Source: Chiloscyllium plagiosum
Lineage: Eukaryota
NCBI RefSeq assembly: GCF_004010195.1
Contig: NC_057718.1
Location: forward strand, 29,133,891-29,191,782
Direction of reading: 5' to 3'
DNA: 57,892 bases
Below, in pieces: positions 36,860 through 50,797 of the stretch. The number at the start of each line of letters is the position of its first letter. Position 1 is the stretch's first letter. The notes below the pieces were generated by a model, which searched no databases, was not told the origin of the DNA, and was given only the letters and a program-made list of their open reading frames with translations. The position numbers and the translations under genes are program-made.

Positions 36860-37190
36860 TCAGAGGCTGAGGGGTGGGTGACCTTGTAGAGGTTTATAAA
36901 ATCATGAAAGGCAAGGTTAGGGTAAATAGACAAGGTAGGGGAGTCAACAACTAGAGAGCATAGGTTTCAGTTGAGAGGGGTAAGATTTAAAAGGGTTCTG
37001 AGTGGCAGTGCCAATCAAGCAGAGGATGGAGGAAGTGGTGGAGGCTGGTATATATATGATGGATATATGAATAGGAAGGTTTAGAGGGATATGGGCCAAA
37101 GGGGACTAGATTTATTTAGGATATCTGATTGGCATGGACGAGTTGGACAGAAGGGTCTGTTTCTGTGCTGTACACCTCTATGACTCTGTA
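36860..37190 (+). mobile_element. CR1/HER1 3' fragment with internal deletions
   Basis: Collinear pieces of 285-670; CTCTATGACTCT tail. Confidence 0.85.
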
Positions 37191-39350
37191 TTGTCCTCCT
37201 TGTCTAATCACATTAAATATAGGAATCCTACTAAGAAGTTAACGGTAAAACCTTTCAATGGTAATTTGACAACCGACAGAAGCTCATGAAAGCCTAATTG
37301 GCAGCAGGAAAATCAACAAAATTCAATACTATAGGCAAGACCTATGACTATTTCTCATTTGTGATGGTTCTTTTGATGCTGTAAGCAAAATAACCCAGGG
37401 TAGAAAAATCAAGGCTTATGAAAACCTAGGCTTTGGAACCAGGTCCCTCTTTCCCTCCACTGAGTACCAACCAATATTATATATTTATAGTGATCATTAA
37501 AATAACGCAGGGACAGGGTGGGAAGGTTTGTTTTCATGAATTGCCCACGACAAATGTTTTTTTTAAAGTGAAGAAAAATTAAATATAAAGAGAAAAACAT
37601 AAACAGTTTTGGGAAAAGGTGTACGGGAATAGACAGATACTTCAGAGTGGAGGCACAAGGTTGATAGGCTCTGAATTGTGAAATTCTAAGATCAGGCAAC
37701 ATCTCTTTGTATGTCAACAATTATGCAAAATAATGAAAAGCCTCTTTGCTTAACTCCCCAATATTTACTAAATTTAGCTATCAACTGCTTCTGCACAAAA
37801 ACAAATCAACCGCAACTTTTGAAGGCAAACCTCTGGACAATTTAATATGTGACAAAATCCAAGAACCACATTCATCTTTAAGCTACCACAGAGCTAATAT
37901 TATTAATTCACAGCAAGTTGAGACAGGAATTAGGCCAACATTCAGGGAACATTTTCAGTCCAGTCCCTTGGCTGCTTATTAAAGTAGGAAGACATAATTT
38001 TTGGACAAATGATCACTGGGGAAAATACAGTTATGCTAGTCATTTTGGCAAATGTGTTTAAAAACATTGTCATGGCCACACAATTATTAAAATACTCATA
38101 TAAAGAATTAATATGCAAATCTGTCGTCACTTTATTGGTACAATTACCTCTGACTCTTCAAATAAAGATTATAAACTTTAATGAGTTAATTAGGTGTATT
38201 CAATAAATAATCCAGACATGAAATGATTAATAATTTATTCTACTGGCTGACCAAATCTAAGAGGTTTAGCACAATCAGCAGGAATTCCTCCTCACAAGAA
38301 TGCATTTTGCTTTTCACTTTCTATCATTTACAAAACAAAGTCAACCTTCTATACTTCCACAGTGAATCACTGTGCAATTAGCAAGAAATAAGATCCAATG
38401 TTTCTCGACACTTACGAATAAAACAGCAACACTCTACAATAATTTGTCAGGAAAGGAAATATAAGTCACCTACTATTTCCAATTTTCTCCATTCCTGAAG
38501 GCATCAGGTACTGCTCGGATATAATTCAATAATTACGAAAAGCAGACTTCCATTTGTTTGCTCAAGTGAATGTTCCTCATGTCAAGACTGGGCAACATAC
38601 TGGTGAGTTATGCAGGCCTGGCTGAACTCCATCCTGTTGATGTTATTTACCCACTTTATTTGACAGTCAATATCTAATGTTTGTTCCAGTTTAATGCATT
38701 CCCTTGCCTTTTAAACTCCTTCAATTTAGCATATTTTCCTTTCCAATCCTCAATCTTCCAGTTTCACGCCGCCTTTCCTTATCCCTTGTCAACAGCTTGA
38801 GGTGCACCCTTCCCCTCTCAATCTCTTTAGTGTAAAATGCTTCCTTCTTCCCCTCATCGTTATAGGATTAAACTTTTTCAATAATTTATATATTGACTTG
38901 GTTTAGCAAATAAAGAATTAAAATTATATTCTATATAATTGTGGTTAGTTGGTAAACAGTTTCAATGGGATCAAAGTCATTTGACAGGACAAAAGTAAGA
39001 TTTGCTGTTCTGTTGCTTTATAGCTCAGGCTAAAGTAAACTCAGGCCTTTGAAATTAGACAGCAAAAACTGAATTTATGTTTTAAATTGGTTTGGTTTTG
39101 TGACCAAATCCCTTTGAGTGTAGAAGACTTTGAAACTAGGGTCTATAGTCAGTAATGTAGTTGTTTTGATCTTTTTAGATGTATCATCTGGGATGATATG
39201 ACTGGAAGGTGACACTACATGCTCTAAACAGACACAACTTGCTTTACTGGTGCCATCTTATCTTGGTAGACAGCTATGGAATAGGCAAGCCTCGAGGAAT
39301 AAATCATTATAAAAGGGGTGTCTTAATAAAGTCATTGGCAGGTAAAAGAA

Positions 39351-39398
39351 TGATTCAAGGGATTGTGAGAAGTGATTGAAGGGATTGTGAGAAGTGAT
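39351..39398. repeat. 22-bp tandem duplication
   Basis: TGATT(C/G)AAGGGATTGTGAGAAG x2 plus TGAT. Confidence 0.9.
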
Positions 39399-39689
39399 GT
39401 CAGTGACTGACCATTATACTTAAAGGAATCAATTGGGCATACACTACCTGGTTAGTCCAAGATTGACAATGAACTGTTCATACACTGTGCATGCATCACA
39501 TAGCCAATTTTAGAAAAAAATCATGGAACAGCTGGACCAATCAGACCTCAGTCACTTGGAAAGGGTTAAGAGGATGTCCTTTTCCGTACTTCCGCACCCC
39601 AGCCAAATGAAACTGTTAGTATTCCATTGTGCAATGGCTGAGTTCACTATCTGGTTCAGTGTGATACAAGCCTAGCCTGTCCAACCTTT

Positions 39690-40640
39690 CCTGAGGCAAT
39701 CCACCCATTCCAAGAATTAGTCCTGTAAATCTTCTCTAAACTGCCACCAACACATTTACATTCTTCCTCAAATGAGGAGACTAATATTATGTACAGTATT
39801 CCAGATATAGTCTCACCGGTGTCTTGCATAGCTTCCCTACTCTGTATTCAGTAACCTGCATGATAAAATTTCCTTTGTGATAAAAAAACTATTAACAATC
39901 CTAATTATTTGCTGCATCTAAACTCAAAACTTTTTGTGATTCATGTAGAGGACTCACAGCTACTTCTGCATCTCAGGACTCTGTATTCACTCACTGTATA
40001 TATTATGCTATTTTATTCTTCTTGTCAAAATGAATAATTTCATATTTTTCCACATTATACTCCACATGCCACATCTTTGCCAACTCACTCAACTAAGCAA
40101 TCTCTTCGTGTCCTCTTCATAACTTAATCTTCTATCAATCTTTGCGTCATCAGCCAACCTGGTAACAATACATTCATTCGCCCAAGACATGTATATAAAT
40201 TGTAAAAAAATTGAGGCCTTAGCTTTAATCCTTGGAATTCCCTGGTTCTCATTTATCCACAGCACGTGTAACCCCCTCATATAACTCCAATAAATTGATC
40301 AAACATGATTTCCTTTTCACAAGATTATGTTATCTCTGCCTTATATGCCCTGCTATAACAACTTTAGTACTGGCTTCTAATGTTTTCCCATGACAGACGT
40401 TAAGTAAACTGATCTCCAGTTTCTTGCTGTTTGACTGTCTTCCTTTTGAATAAATGAGTTATGTTTGCTATCTTCCAATTCAATGGGATATTGCCCAAAT
40501 CGGGTGGGAGGAGGGACTTTGAATAATTCAAAACATTGCATCAATTACCTCACTAGCCATTTATTTTAAGATCCAAGAATGTGTAGGATGAGGCCCATCA
40601 GGACCTGGACAATTGCCAACCCAAAGCTACAACAATTCAC
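39690..40640 (-). mobile_element. Old CR1 ORF2 fragment
   Basis: Minus-strand peptide TRLADDAKI (FADDTK equivalent); CCCATCAGGACCTGG. Confidence 0.75.
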
Positions 40641-40869
40641 TCATTAACACTTCTCTAGTGATTGTAAGCATTCTACAAACTCATCAAGACGACCTTTGTC
40701 CATCTGACTTTTGTACGCAATAAGTAGATTAAAATCTCTTATAATTAGGACTGTGCATTTCTGACAGCTCTTCTTATGTTTTTATTTTGTTGTCCACCCT
40801 ACTGTGTGGATACCATTTGGGTCCTATACATCACTGCCTCAAGTGACTTCTTGACTTTATAATGTTTCA

Positions 40870-41665
40870 TTTCTACTCCGTGACTCCCTTGTTAGATACA
40901 TACCCCTCACCAATCCAGCCTCCACCCCGGCACCTTCCCCTGTCACAAGAGATGTAAAACTGCGCCCATACCTCCACCCCTCACCTCCATGCAAGGCTCC
41001 AATGGATCCTTCCATTTCCAGCAGAGATTTTCTGGTACCTCCACACGTCATCTATTGTGTCCATTGCTCCCAAAGTGGCCTCCTCTATTTTGGGAAGATA
41101 GGACGCCAACTTGCGGAATGTTTTAGAAAACATCTCTGGGACATATGCACATTGGCTGAACACTTCAACTCCCTCTCCTACTCAGCCAAGAACACGTATG
41201 TCCTGGGTCTCCTCCTCCGCCAGATTCTAGTCTCCCAACGCCTGGAGGAAGAACACTTTATCTTCTGCCTTGGGACTCTCCAACCACACAGGATCAATGT
41301 TGATTTCATTGGTTTCCTCATTGCCCCTCCTCCCACCTTAACCCAGATCCAACCCTCCAACTCGGCACCATGCTCCTGAGCTATCCCACCTGTCCATCTT
41401 TCCCACCGATCCACTTCAGCCTCCACCCCGACCTATCACCATCACCCTGACCTTCATCTACCTATCGCATTCCCAGCTACGTTCCTACCAGGGCCCCCCC
41501 CATTTATCTCTCAGCCCCATTGGACCTCGCCCTACATTCCTGATGAACAGCTTATGCTCGTAACGTCGACTCTCCTGCTCCTCGGACGTTGCCTGACCGG
41601 CTGTGCTTTTCCAGTGCCACACTTTATGACTCTGATCTCCAGCATCTGCAGTCCTCACTTTCTTC
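40870..41665 (+). mobile_element. Penelope-like element 3' end (GIY-YIG plus pLTR)
   Basis: HVIYCVHCSQSGLLYFGKIGRQLAECFRKHL...LGTLQPHRIN; hammerhead remnant CTGATGA...GTAACGTC at 41540-41567. Confidence 0.88.
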
Positions 41666-42429
41666 TCATTTCTACTCAAACTGTATCCACAACTTGGTTC
41701 CCTGAACTCAGGTTATCCATCTCTGTTGTTCTTACACCATCACTAACTAATAAAAACACCCCTGCATTTTCTCCCATTTCTCTGTCATTCCTAAATGGCC
41801 TGTTTCCTTCACGTTTCAAGTCCAAATTCATGCAATCCTCCATCCACATCTCTGTAATGGCTAACAGATCAAACTTATACTCATTTCTGTTTACATTCTC
41901 AGTTCATCTGTTTTGTTATAAATACCATGTATATTCAAATGCAGAGCCTTTAGTTTTATTATTTAAGTCTCTTTGTAAATTCTAGTCAATCTGTTGTTTG
42001 ATTCTTAGATTCACTTTCTACTCCTTCCTGTAATGATCTGTTTGTTGTATCCTGTATGAACATCTTTCTTTTTGGCATTGATTCTACTCTTCGATTAACC
42101 ACAGCTTACCAAATTTGATCAAATTGATTATTGCAAACTGAAAATAAAAACCCTTTGTGACACTTTAAAAAATACTATCAGGACTTTGTAACACAGCAAT
42201 TCCTAAAAGCTGGTCAATAATCGATTGCCCTCTCCTCTCTCTTTTAAAACTGCTGCTCCCAGCACAGTGAAATGTCATTCTGGAATATCTCAGGCTGTGG
42301 GTGACTGCACATACTCTTTCTGAGGCTGCTTGCCACTTATTTTGAAGTTCTTCAACTCCTTATGTACTGGAGCACCCATTTATTCACATTTGTACATGGT
42401 TCTAAGAGCTGCTTCTTTTTTGAGGCATT

Positions 42430-42762
42430 TTAGGTTAGATTAGATTAGATTAGTTAGATTAGATTACTTACAGTGTGGAAACAGGCCCTTCGGCCCAACA
42501 AGTCCACACCGACCCGCCGAAGTGCAACCCACCCATACCCCTACATTTACCCCTTACCTAACACTACGGGCAATTTAGCATGGCCAATTCACCTGACCTG
42601 CACATTTTTGGACTGTGGGAGGAAACTGGAGCACCCGGAGGAAACCCACGCAGACACGGGGAGAACGTGCAAACTCCACACAGTCAGTCGCCTGAAGCGG
42701 GAATTGAACCTGGGTCTCTGGCGCTGTGAAGCAGCAGTGCTAACCACTGTGCCACCGTGCCG
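42430..42762 (-). mobile_element. HE1-type SINE, full length, young
   Basis: Reverse complement of 16237-16571 with a (GATTA)n tail. Confidence 0.93.
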
Positions 42763-42825
42763 TGTTGGAGGTGATCTCTTCAAATTCCAGGAGCAGTAAT
42801 TCCTGTTTCATATGCTGTTGCATTA

Positions 42826-43173
42826 ATCATAGAATCAATGCAGTGTGGAAACAGGCCCTTCGGCCCAACAAGTCCACACCGACCCTCCGAAGAATATCCC
42901 ACCCAGAACCACTCCCCCAACCTATTACTCTACGTTTCCTCTGACTAATGCACATAACCTACACATCCCAGAGCACCATGGGCAATTTAGCATGGCCAAT
43001 TCACTTAACTTGCATATCTTTTGAGTGTAGGAGAAAACCAGATCACTTAGAGGAAACCCATGCAGACACGGGGAGAATGTGTAAACTCCACACAGACAGT
43101 TGCCCAAGTCTGGAATCGAACCGGGGTCCCTGGTACTGTGAAGCAGCAGTGCTAACCACTGAGCCACTGTGCC
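42826..43173 (-). mobile_element. HE1-type SINE, full length
   Basis: Same boxes and V-domain, with the longer 3' region also seen at 19733. Confidence 0.9.
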
Positions 43174-46151
43174 CGTTTGTTTTGGAACTTTGGGGAAAAA
43201 AGTCAAAACAACGGTACATTTAAAAGGGAGAAAGTCAGACAAGAAGCAGGGAGCACATGGTCAGTGAGGGACAGAGAAAGAAACTTACACTACTGACTGA
43301 CACAGCAGTGAATCTGCACAGTTACTGCCTTTGCTGTTTGAGTTCATGTATCTCTGGACATCGGAGTGCTTCTAGGAAAGTTTAAACAGTAAAATTCACA
43401 ACTGAGGTTTAAGGAACCTGTGTAAGAGAGTTGACAGCACAGAAACAAATAAAAGTGCAGTTTTTAACGTGTAACCTTTCTGTAAATCTACAGTAGTGAG
43501 TACAGTGGGTTCTTTCCTGATTATATGTTTTATTGAAATTTGTCTTGGTTAAATATTAAAAATGTAAACCATATGTACTAAGTTGGTCCGGAGCACTGTT
43601 CTTTTTTTAAGAGTAAAAAGATAGTGTTATTTTCTGTGTCTGCAAATTTTGAAGGAGCAAAGATGGCCTTTATTATAGTGATACGCTCTTCCTGTCAGAT
43701 GTGGGAGATTAGGGAATGTTTCCATGTTACTGATGATTATGTCTGCAGAAAATGTCTTTGGTTGCAAATCCTATCATATCGCATGGATCGGTTGGAGTGA
43801 CAGTTAGAGGCAATGAGGAATTTACAAGAGCTAGGAGGTGTGTTGGATGCAGTTATAGGAAGGAAGAAAAGTAGCAGATAGAGTCAGTTAGATGCGTTAA
43901 CTCCAGGAAAGGGAGGAGGGATAGGTAGGTAATGCAGGAGTCTTCTGTGGTTATCCCCGTTTCAAATAAGTATGCTGTTTTGGAAAATGTAGAGGGTGAT
44001 GAACTCTCAGGGGAATGTCGCACAAACAGCCAAGTTTCTAGTATTGAGACTGGCTCTAATGTAATGAGGGGTACGTCGAAGGGTTCCAAGTGATCGATTG
44101 TGTTAGGGGACTCTCTAGTCAGAGGCACAGACAGACATTTCTGCGGCCAGCAGCAAAAATTTGAATGGTGTGTTACCTCCTTGATGCCATGATCAAGGAT
44201 GTCTCAGAGAAGGTGCAGAATGTTCTCAAAGGGGAGAGGGACCAGTAGGAGATCATTGTGTACATTGGAACCAATGACATAGGAAGGGAAAAGGATGAGA
44301 TTCTGAAGGGAGAATATAGAAATTTAGACAGGAATTTAAAAAGGAGGTCCACTATAGTAGTAATATCTGGGTTACTCCTGGTGCTACGAGCTAGTGAGGG
44401 TAGGTATAGGACGTTAGAACAGATGAATGTGTGGCTGAGGAGCTGGTGCAGGGGAGAAGGGTTCACATTTTTGGATCATTGGAATCTCTTCTGGGGTAGC
44501 GGTGACCTGTACAAGAAGGATGGACTGCACCTGAATTGGAAGGGAACTAATATACTGACAGGGGATTTGCTAGAGCTTTTCAGGCAGATTTAAACTAGTA
44601 AGGTGGGGGGTGGGACCCAGGGAGATAGCGACAAAAGAGATCAATCTGAGACTAGTACAGTTGAGAAAAGCAGCAAGTCAGTCACAGCAGACAGGGACAA
44701 TGCAGAGAACAAGGTAGGACTGATAAATTAAACTGCATTTCCTTCAAAGCAAGAGGCCTAACAGGGAAGGCAAATTAACTCAGGGCATGGTTAGGAACAT
44801 GTGACTGAGCTATCATAGCAATTACAGAAACGTGGCCCAGAGATGGACAGGACTGGCAGTTAATGTTTCAGGATACAACTGCTACAGGAAGGATAGAAAG
44901 AAGGGCAAGAGAGGATGGGGAGTAGCGTTTTTGATAAAGGATAACATTACTACTATACTTCGGGAGGACATTCCTAGGAATACATCCAGGGGATTTATTT
45001 GGGTGGAACTGAGAAATAAGAAAGGGATGATCACCTTAGTAGGATTGTATTATAGACCCAAATTGTCAGCAGGAAATTGAGAAACAATTATCTGCAAGAA
45101 TAATAGGGTGGTTACGGTAGGGGACTTTATCTTTCCAAACTAGACTGGGACTGCCATAGTGTTAAGGTAGGGTACTCTAACTTTCCAAACACAGACTGGG
45201 ACTGCCATAGTGTTGAGGGTTTAGATGGAGAGGATTTTGTTAAGTGTGTACATGAAAACTTTCTGATTCAGTATGTGGATGTACCTACCAGAGAAGGTAC
45301 AAAACCTGACCTACTCTTGGGAAATAAGGCAGGGCAGGTGACTGAGGTGTCAGTGGGGGAGCACTTTGGAGCCAGCGACCATAATTTAAACATAGTGATG
45401 GAAAAGAATAGACCAGATCTAAAAGATGAAGTTCTAATTTGGAGGAAGGCTAATTTGGCTGCTATTAGGCAAGAACTTTCAAAAGCTGATTGGAGGCAGA
45501 CGTTTACAGGTAAAATGGCGGCTGGAAAATGGGAAGCCTTCAGAAATGAGATCACGAGAGTTCAGAGACTATATATTCCTGTTAGGGTGAAAGATAAGGC
45601 TGGTATGTGTAGGGAATGCTGGCTGACTATAGAAATTGAGGTTTTGGTAAGGAAAAAGAAGGAAGCATATGTCAGGTATAGACAGGAGAGCTCAAGTGAA
45701 TCTTTAGAAGAGTATAAAGGCAATTATAGTATACTTAAGAGGGAAATCAAGAGGGCAAAAAGGGGACATAAGACAGCTTTGGCAAATAGGGTTAAGGAGA
45801 ATCCAAAGAGATTTTATAAATACATTAACAATAAAAGGGTAACTAGAAGAGAATAGATCCCTTCAAAGGTCAGCAAGGCAGCCTATGTGTGGAGCTGCAG
45901 GAGATGGGGGAGATACTAAAAGAGTATTTTGCATCAGTATTTATTGTGGAAGAGGGCATGGAATAAGTAGAATGTGTGGAAATAGATGGGGACTTTGTGA
46001 AAAATGTCCATATTTCAGAGGAGGTGGTGCTGAATATCTTGAAACACAAAGTGGATAAATCCCCAGGATCTGATCAGGTATACCCTAGAGCTCTGGGGGA
46101 AGCGATTGTTAGATCCCTTGCTGAGATAGCTGTATCATCGATAGTCACAGG

Positions 46152-46747
46152 TCTCACAAAGCTGTTCCCTTTCTCAAGGACATTATGTCCTTGGTTTTTT
46201 TTCAGAGGGGTCATAAATCAGCTCCTGGTTCGGTACAGAGATTAAAGGGTATTGAGAGGCCTTTTTGCCTTTGTAAACAGATGAGACTTCAGGCCAAAGT
46301 GGTCATGTTTTAGAAGTGACCTGTATAATGAAAGGGGAGTGGTCAGCACTCTAGCTGAGCAGTTCAGTCCAGAACTAGTTAGGAGTTCAACAGTGAGCTA
46401 TGTGGAAACTCTCCCTTTCTGCCCTTTAACTTCAACCTGTAAGCATGTGTTCCATTTATACTGGGTTTTAAAGGGAGCTTGCTTATTGGGACTCTTGTGT
46501 ATATTCGGAACAGCAAAATTAAGTCCAGTTGGATTGGCTGAGTTCTGTAGGGGTTCTTTATTCTCTTTGTTATGTTACATTGTGTAATTTTGTGAATAAA
46601 GTTCTGTCTGTTTTAAAACCTGGTAGTCAACCTCGCTAACTTACTCTGGGTAATTTTCACTGTACACTTACTGAAACAAATTGCAAAGTTATGGTCTGGG
46701 CTGCCCTACTCAAGAATGTTTTGAGTGGTCTGGCATAGGCCAGAACA
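46152..46747 (+). repeat. 5' LTR of the Gypsy element
   Basis: TCTCACAAAGCTG...CCAGAACA; direct repeat of 50798-51405; AATAAA at about 46595. Confidence 0.9.
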
Positions 46748-46847
46748 GAATGGGGACTCTTTGCAGTATTTTAAACAGCGAGTGGTAGGTGCTAGTGTCT
46801 TTATTTTGGGTGTTGGTTTGGTTGGATAGCCAAAGCTTGGGATAGTA

Positions 46848-48030
46848 ATGGCTCTTTCAGTCACCAAAGGTTTTCTGGATGTGGATGTGGTGACTTTGGA
46901 GGTTTTGCAAACAGTGAATAAGACCAAGCTGCAGGAACTAGCAGAAAGTCTGGAATTGGAATTGCCTGCTTCTGTGAGGAAAGAGGAGAAAATTACAGCA
47001 GTAGCTCAACATGTAACCTTGCTGGAGAAACCATCAGAATCTATAGAGATGGCAAGAATTCAATTGCAAATGAAGCAGCTTAAGTTAGAGGCGAGAGATA
47101 AGGAAAGGGCAGCAGAAATGAAACAGATTGAGTTACGATTAAAAGCAGAAAAGGAAGAAAAAGAGAGAGCTTTTGAACTTCAAAAACTGACACTTAAAAA
47201 AGAAAGTCAGCTGAAAAGGCTGGAAATAAAGGCTGAAGGTAGGTTTAGTGAGGAAGAGAGTGAGAATAAGCAAGCCCCTGGTAGTCGGAAGCCTAGTGAG
47301 AAATTGTTTTGGGATGTTCAAGCATTACCTAAAGTTGTTGAGAAGGATGTGGAAGCCTTTTTCATCTCATTTGAAAGGGTGGCTAAACAAATGCAGTGGC
47401 CAGTGGCAATGTGGGTTTTGTTGATCCAAACAAAACTTGTAGGTGGGATAAGCGAGGTATTCATATCACTATCGGAGGAGGTATGTGGGGAGTATGTGCA
47501 GGTGAAAAAAGCCATTTTAAGTACAACTGAGCTTCTACCAGAAGCCTATAGACAATGTTTCAAGAATCTAAGGAGGGATCCTGGTCAAACCTATGTTGAG
47601 CTTGAAAGGATCAAACAGAGTAATTTCAATAGATGGATAAGAGCTTTAAAAATTGAGCAAACCTATGATGCCCTTAGAGAGGTAATTATTTTGGGGGAAT
47701 TCAAAAATTCATTGCCTGAAGTAGTGTGAACTCATGTGGAAGAGCAGAGTTAAAACAGCAAGGTTAGCAGCTGAAGTGGCTGATGATTATGAGCTGGTCC
47801 ATAAAATTCAGTTTGGCGTCCAGAATCAATTTCAGTTCATGAGCGATAGAAATTGGGGCAAAGAGAAATTCTCACATGGAAAGGATAAAGTGGATTGCAA
47901 TGAAGATCATAACGATAACTTACCACAGGGTAAAAAAGAATCCTTGAGGGGGACAAAGACGTTAAAAAGCTCAGGTGTTTTCATTGTAATAAAGTAGGCC
48001 ACACTAAATCAGTGTGGTGGGCTAGGAGAA
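46848..48030 (+). pseudogene. Gypsy gag with coiled coil, SCAN-related capsid region and CCHC knuckle; disrupted after 293 codons
   Basis: ORF 46848..47729 (EKDVEAFFISFERVA...W..L...LREVIILGEFKNSLP), a premature TGA, then KTARLAAEVADDY and CFHCNKVGH in shifted frames. Confidence 0.85.
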
Positions 48031-50797
48031 AACCAGATGTAGTTTGTTGGACTAGTAACAAAGAGCACAAGGCAAGTTAGACAACTGCCTTAGAGCGTAC
48101 AAGATGATCAGAGTTTGATTAAGGAGGAAGTGCCAGATCTGCTAAAAAAATCTATATGCAAGGGTAAAGTTTATTCACATAGTCCAGGAGTAGCAGGGAA
48201 ACAAGTTACAATATTAAGGGACACAGGATTCTCTCAGTCTGTGACGCTGAAGGATGAGGAGATATGAACTCCTGAAGGACTATTGCCAGAAAAGGTAGTA
48301 GTAACAGGAATTCATGGTGAGACAAAAAGCACTCAATTATGTAAAGTGAGGTTAGAAAGTCCAGAGAAGAGAGGAGAATTTGTGGTAGGAGTACTGGACA
48401 AACTCTCTGCTCCATGAATACAATTTGTCCTTGCAAATGATATAGCTGATTCACCGGTATACGTGCTGCCTACTCCAGTTGAAAGGTCAGTGGAGACACA
48501 GGCAACTGAAGACACAGAAACTGTTTGTCCAGGAATTTTCCCTGATTGTGTGGTCACAAGATCACAGAGGCACAAGTTGAAATAGGAGAGTTCAAGAGGC
48601 ACAGATAAGGAAGCTGACATAGCTTTATCCGAGACATTTTCTGATCAGGTAAGTGGACAGAGCAGGAACAACCAGGTAAATGTGCAAGTACCTTTAGCTC
48701 TGCTATTGAGTTACAGTAGAAAGATGAGAAATTAAAACAGTTATATCAAAAGGCATATACAGAAAAGAAGAATAAAAGGATCCCTGTGTGTTATTACTTA
48801 ACAAATTATGTCTTAATGAGGAGGTACAGACTCTGGACTCTGTGTCACCATAGAGCTGGAGAGTTGGCTAGACAGCATTTAAAAGTATCACAGCATACAA
48901 TGAAACAGGAAGCGGATAAGAAATAACAAATTTTCAATTTTGCAATTGGGGATAAGGTATTGGTGTTACTTCCAGTAACAGGTGAGCCTTTAAAAGCAAG
49001 GTTTAGTGGACCTTATCAAATTGAGAGGAAATTGAGCAAGGTGAACTACTCGATAATGATTCCAGACAGGAAGAAATCTCACAGAGTGTGTCATGTGAAT
49101 ATGCTCAAAAGGTATTTTGACAGGGAAGGAAAGCAAGAGGAGAAGGTGTTAATGATTACAGCACAGAAGGAAGAGCCAAGTTCAGAGGATTCTGAATTGG
49201 ACATTCCTCAAATCAAATCGGACAATAAGGAAGTTGTCAAAAATTGGGATAAAATGAGTTACTTTCCACAAGAAAATCAGTAATAACTCTTTCAGGTCAT
49301 TTTATCACATGGGGAGATATGCGGAAATAAACTGGGAAGTACTAACCTAATTGTGTATGATGTAGACATAGGAGATGTTGTTCCAATTAAGCAACATCCT
49401 TATAGACATAATGCTCTAAAGTTGGCACAGGTTCAGAAGGAGATAGAGAGCATGCTCCAAGATGGCATAATCAAAGTGCGTTACAGTGACTGGAGCTCAC
49501 CTACAGTCAGGGTGCCAAAGCCAGATGGTACCCAACTGTACCCAAAGTCAACACCGTTACAAATACTGATGCATATCCAATTCCACGGTTGAGGAACTGT
49601 GTCGAAAAAGTGGAACAAGCAACTTACATTTCTAAGTTGGACTTGCTCAGAGGCTACTGGCAAGTACCTCTGTCAAAGAGAGCAAAGGCAATTTCAGTTT
49701 TCGTAACACTAAATGGACTATATCAGTTCAAAATCAAAGTTTGGTATGAAAAATGCTTCAGCCACAGTTCAGAGACTGACTAATAAGGTCATTACTGGGT
49801 TACCCAACTGTGTGGTGTATATTGATGACCTGGTGACTTGTGGTCACTCATGGAAAGAACATTTACAGCACTTATCAGACTTGTTTGATCGACTTTAGAA
49901 GGCAGGCTTGGTGGTAAACTTAGCTAAAAGTGAATTTTCCAAAGCCCAAGTTGCCTTCCTGGGGTATGCCATCGGATATGGACAAATGGCCCCACGAGAT
50001 GCAAAAACAAAACTAATTGGGGAATTTCCCACACCGTTGACAGAAGAAGCAGGTTCTTGGGATTGAGTGGATTTTACCAAAAGTTTGTGCCGAACTTTAG
50101 CAGTGTGGCTGCTCCACTCACCGAATTGTTTAAAAAAAGGGCAAGAAATTTCAGTGGACAGCGGACTGTCAAAAGGCATTTGGCAGCCTTAAAGCTGTGT
50201 TAACCACTACCCCTGTATTAGCCACCCAGATTACATGAAGCCTTTCAAGGTGGCTATCAATGCCAGTGATGTGGGTGTCGGTGCAGTGTGCCTGCAGGAG
50301 GATGACGAGGGGATAGAAAGACCCAATGGGTATTTTTCTATAAAGTTGAACGTTCATCCACAAAAATATTCAACAGTGGCGAAAGAGACTTTAAGCTTGG
50401 TGTTGGCATTACAACATTTCAGTGTTTATATTACCAGCATTAAAATCTGAGACAATCACATACATTGATCATAACGCATTAATATTTGTGGAAAAATCTA
50501 AGGACAAAAATGCCAGACTGTTTAGAGGCAGCTTGGTGTTGCAGCCATTCAATTTGACAATTGTGTACGTGGCAGGTTGCAAATACATGATCGCTGATGT
50601 GTTATTGAGGCTTGAATGAGATATGGAAGCGTTCGGTGGTGGGTGTACCACGGCCTGAATTTGCACGTGGTTGTGCATGTTTATAGTTGGTACAGTGTAT
50701 ATGGGTGTTTAGACGACTAACCAGTTTGTTTCTGAAGTGTATAAAAACGAAGCCATCCTTTGATATTGATGGTTAATTTTCTTTTTAAGGGAGGAGG

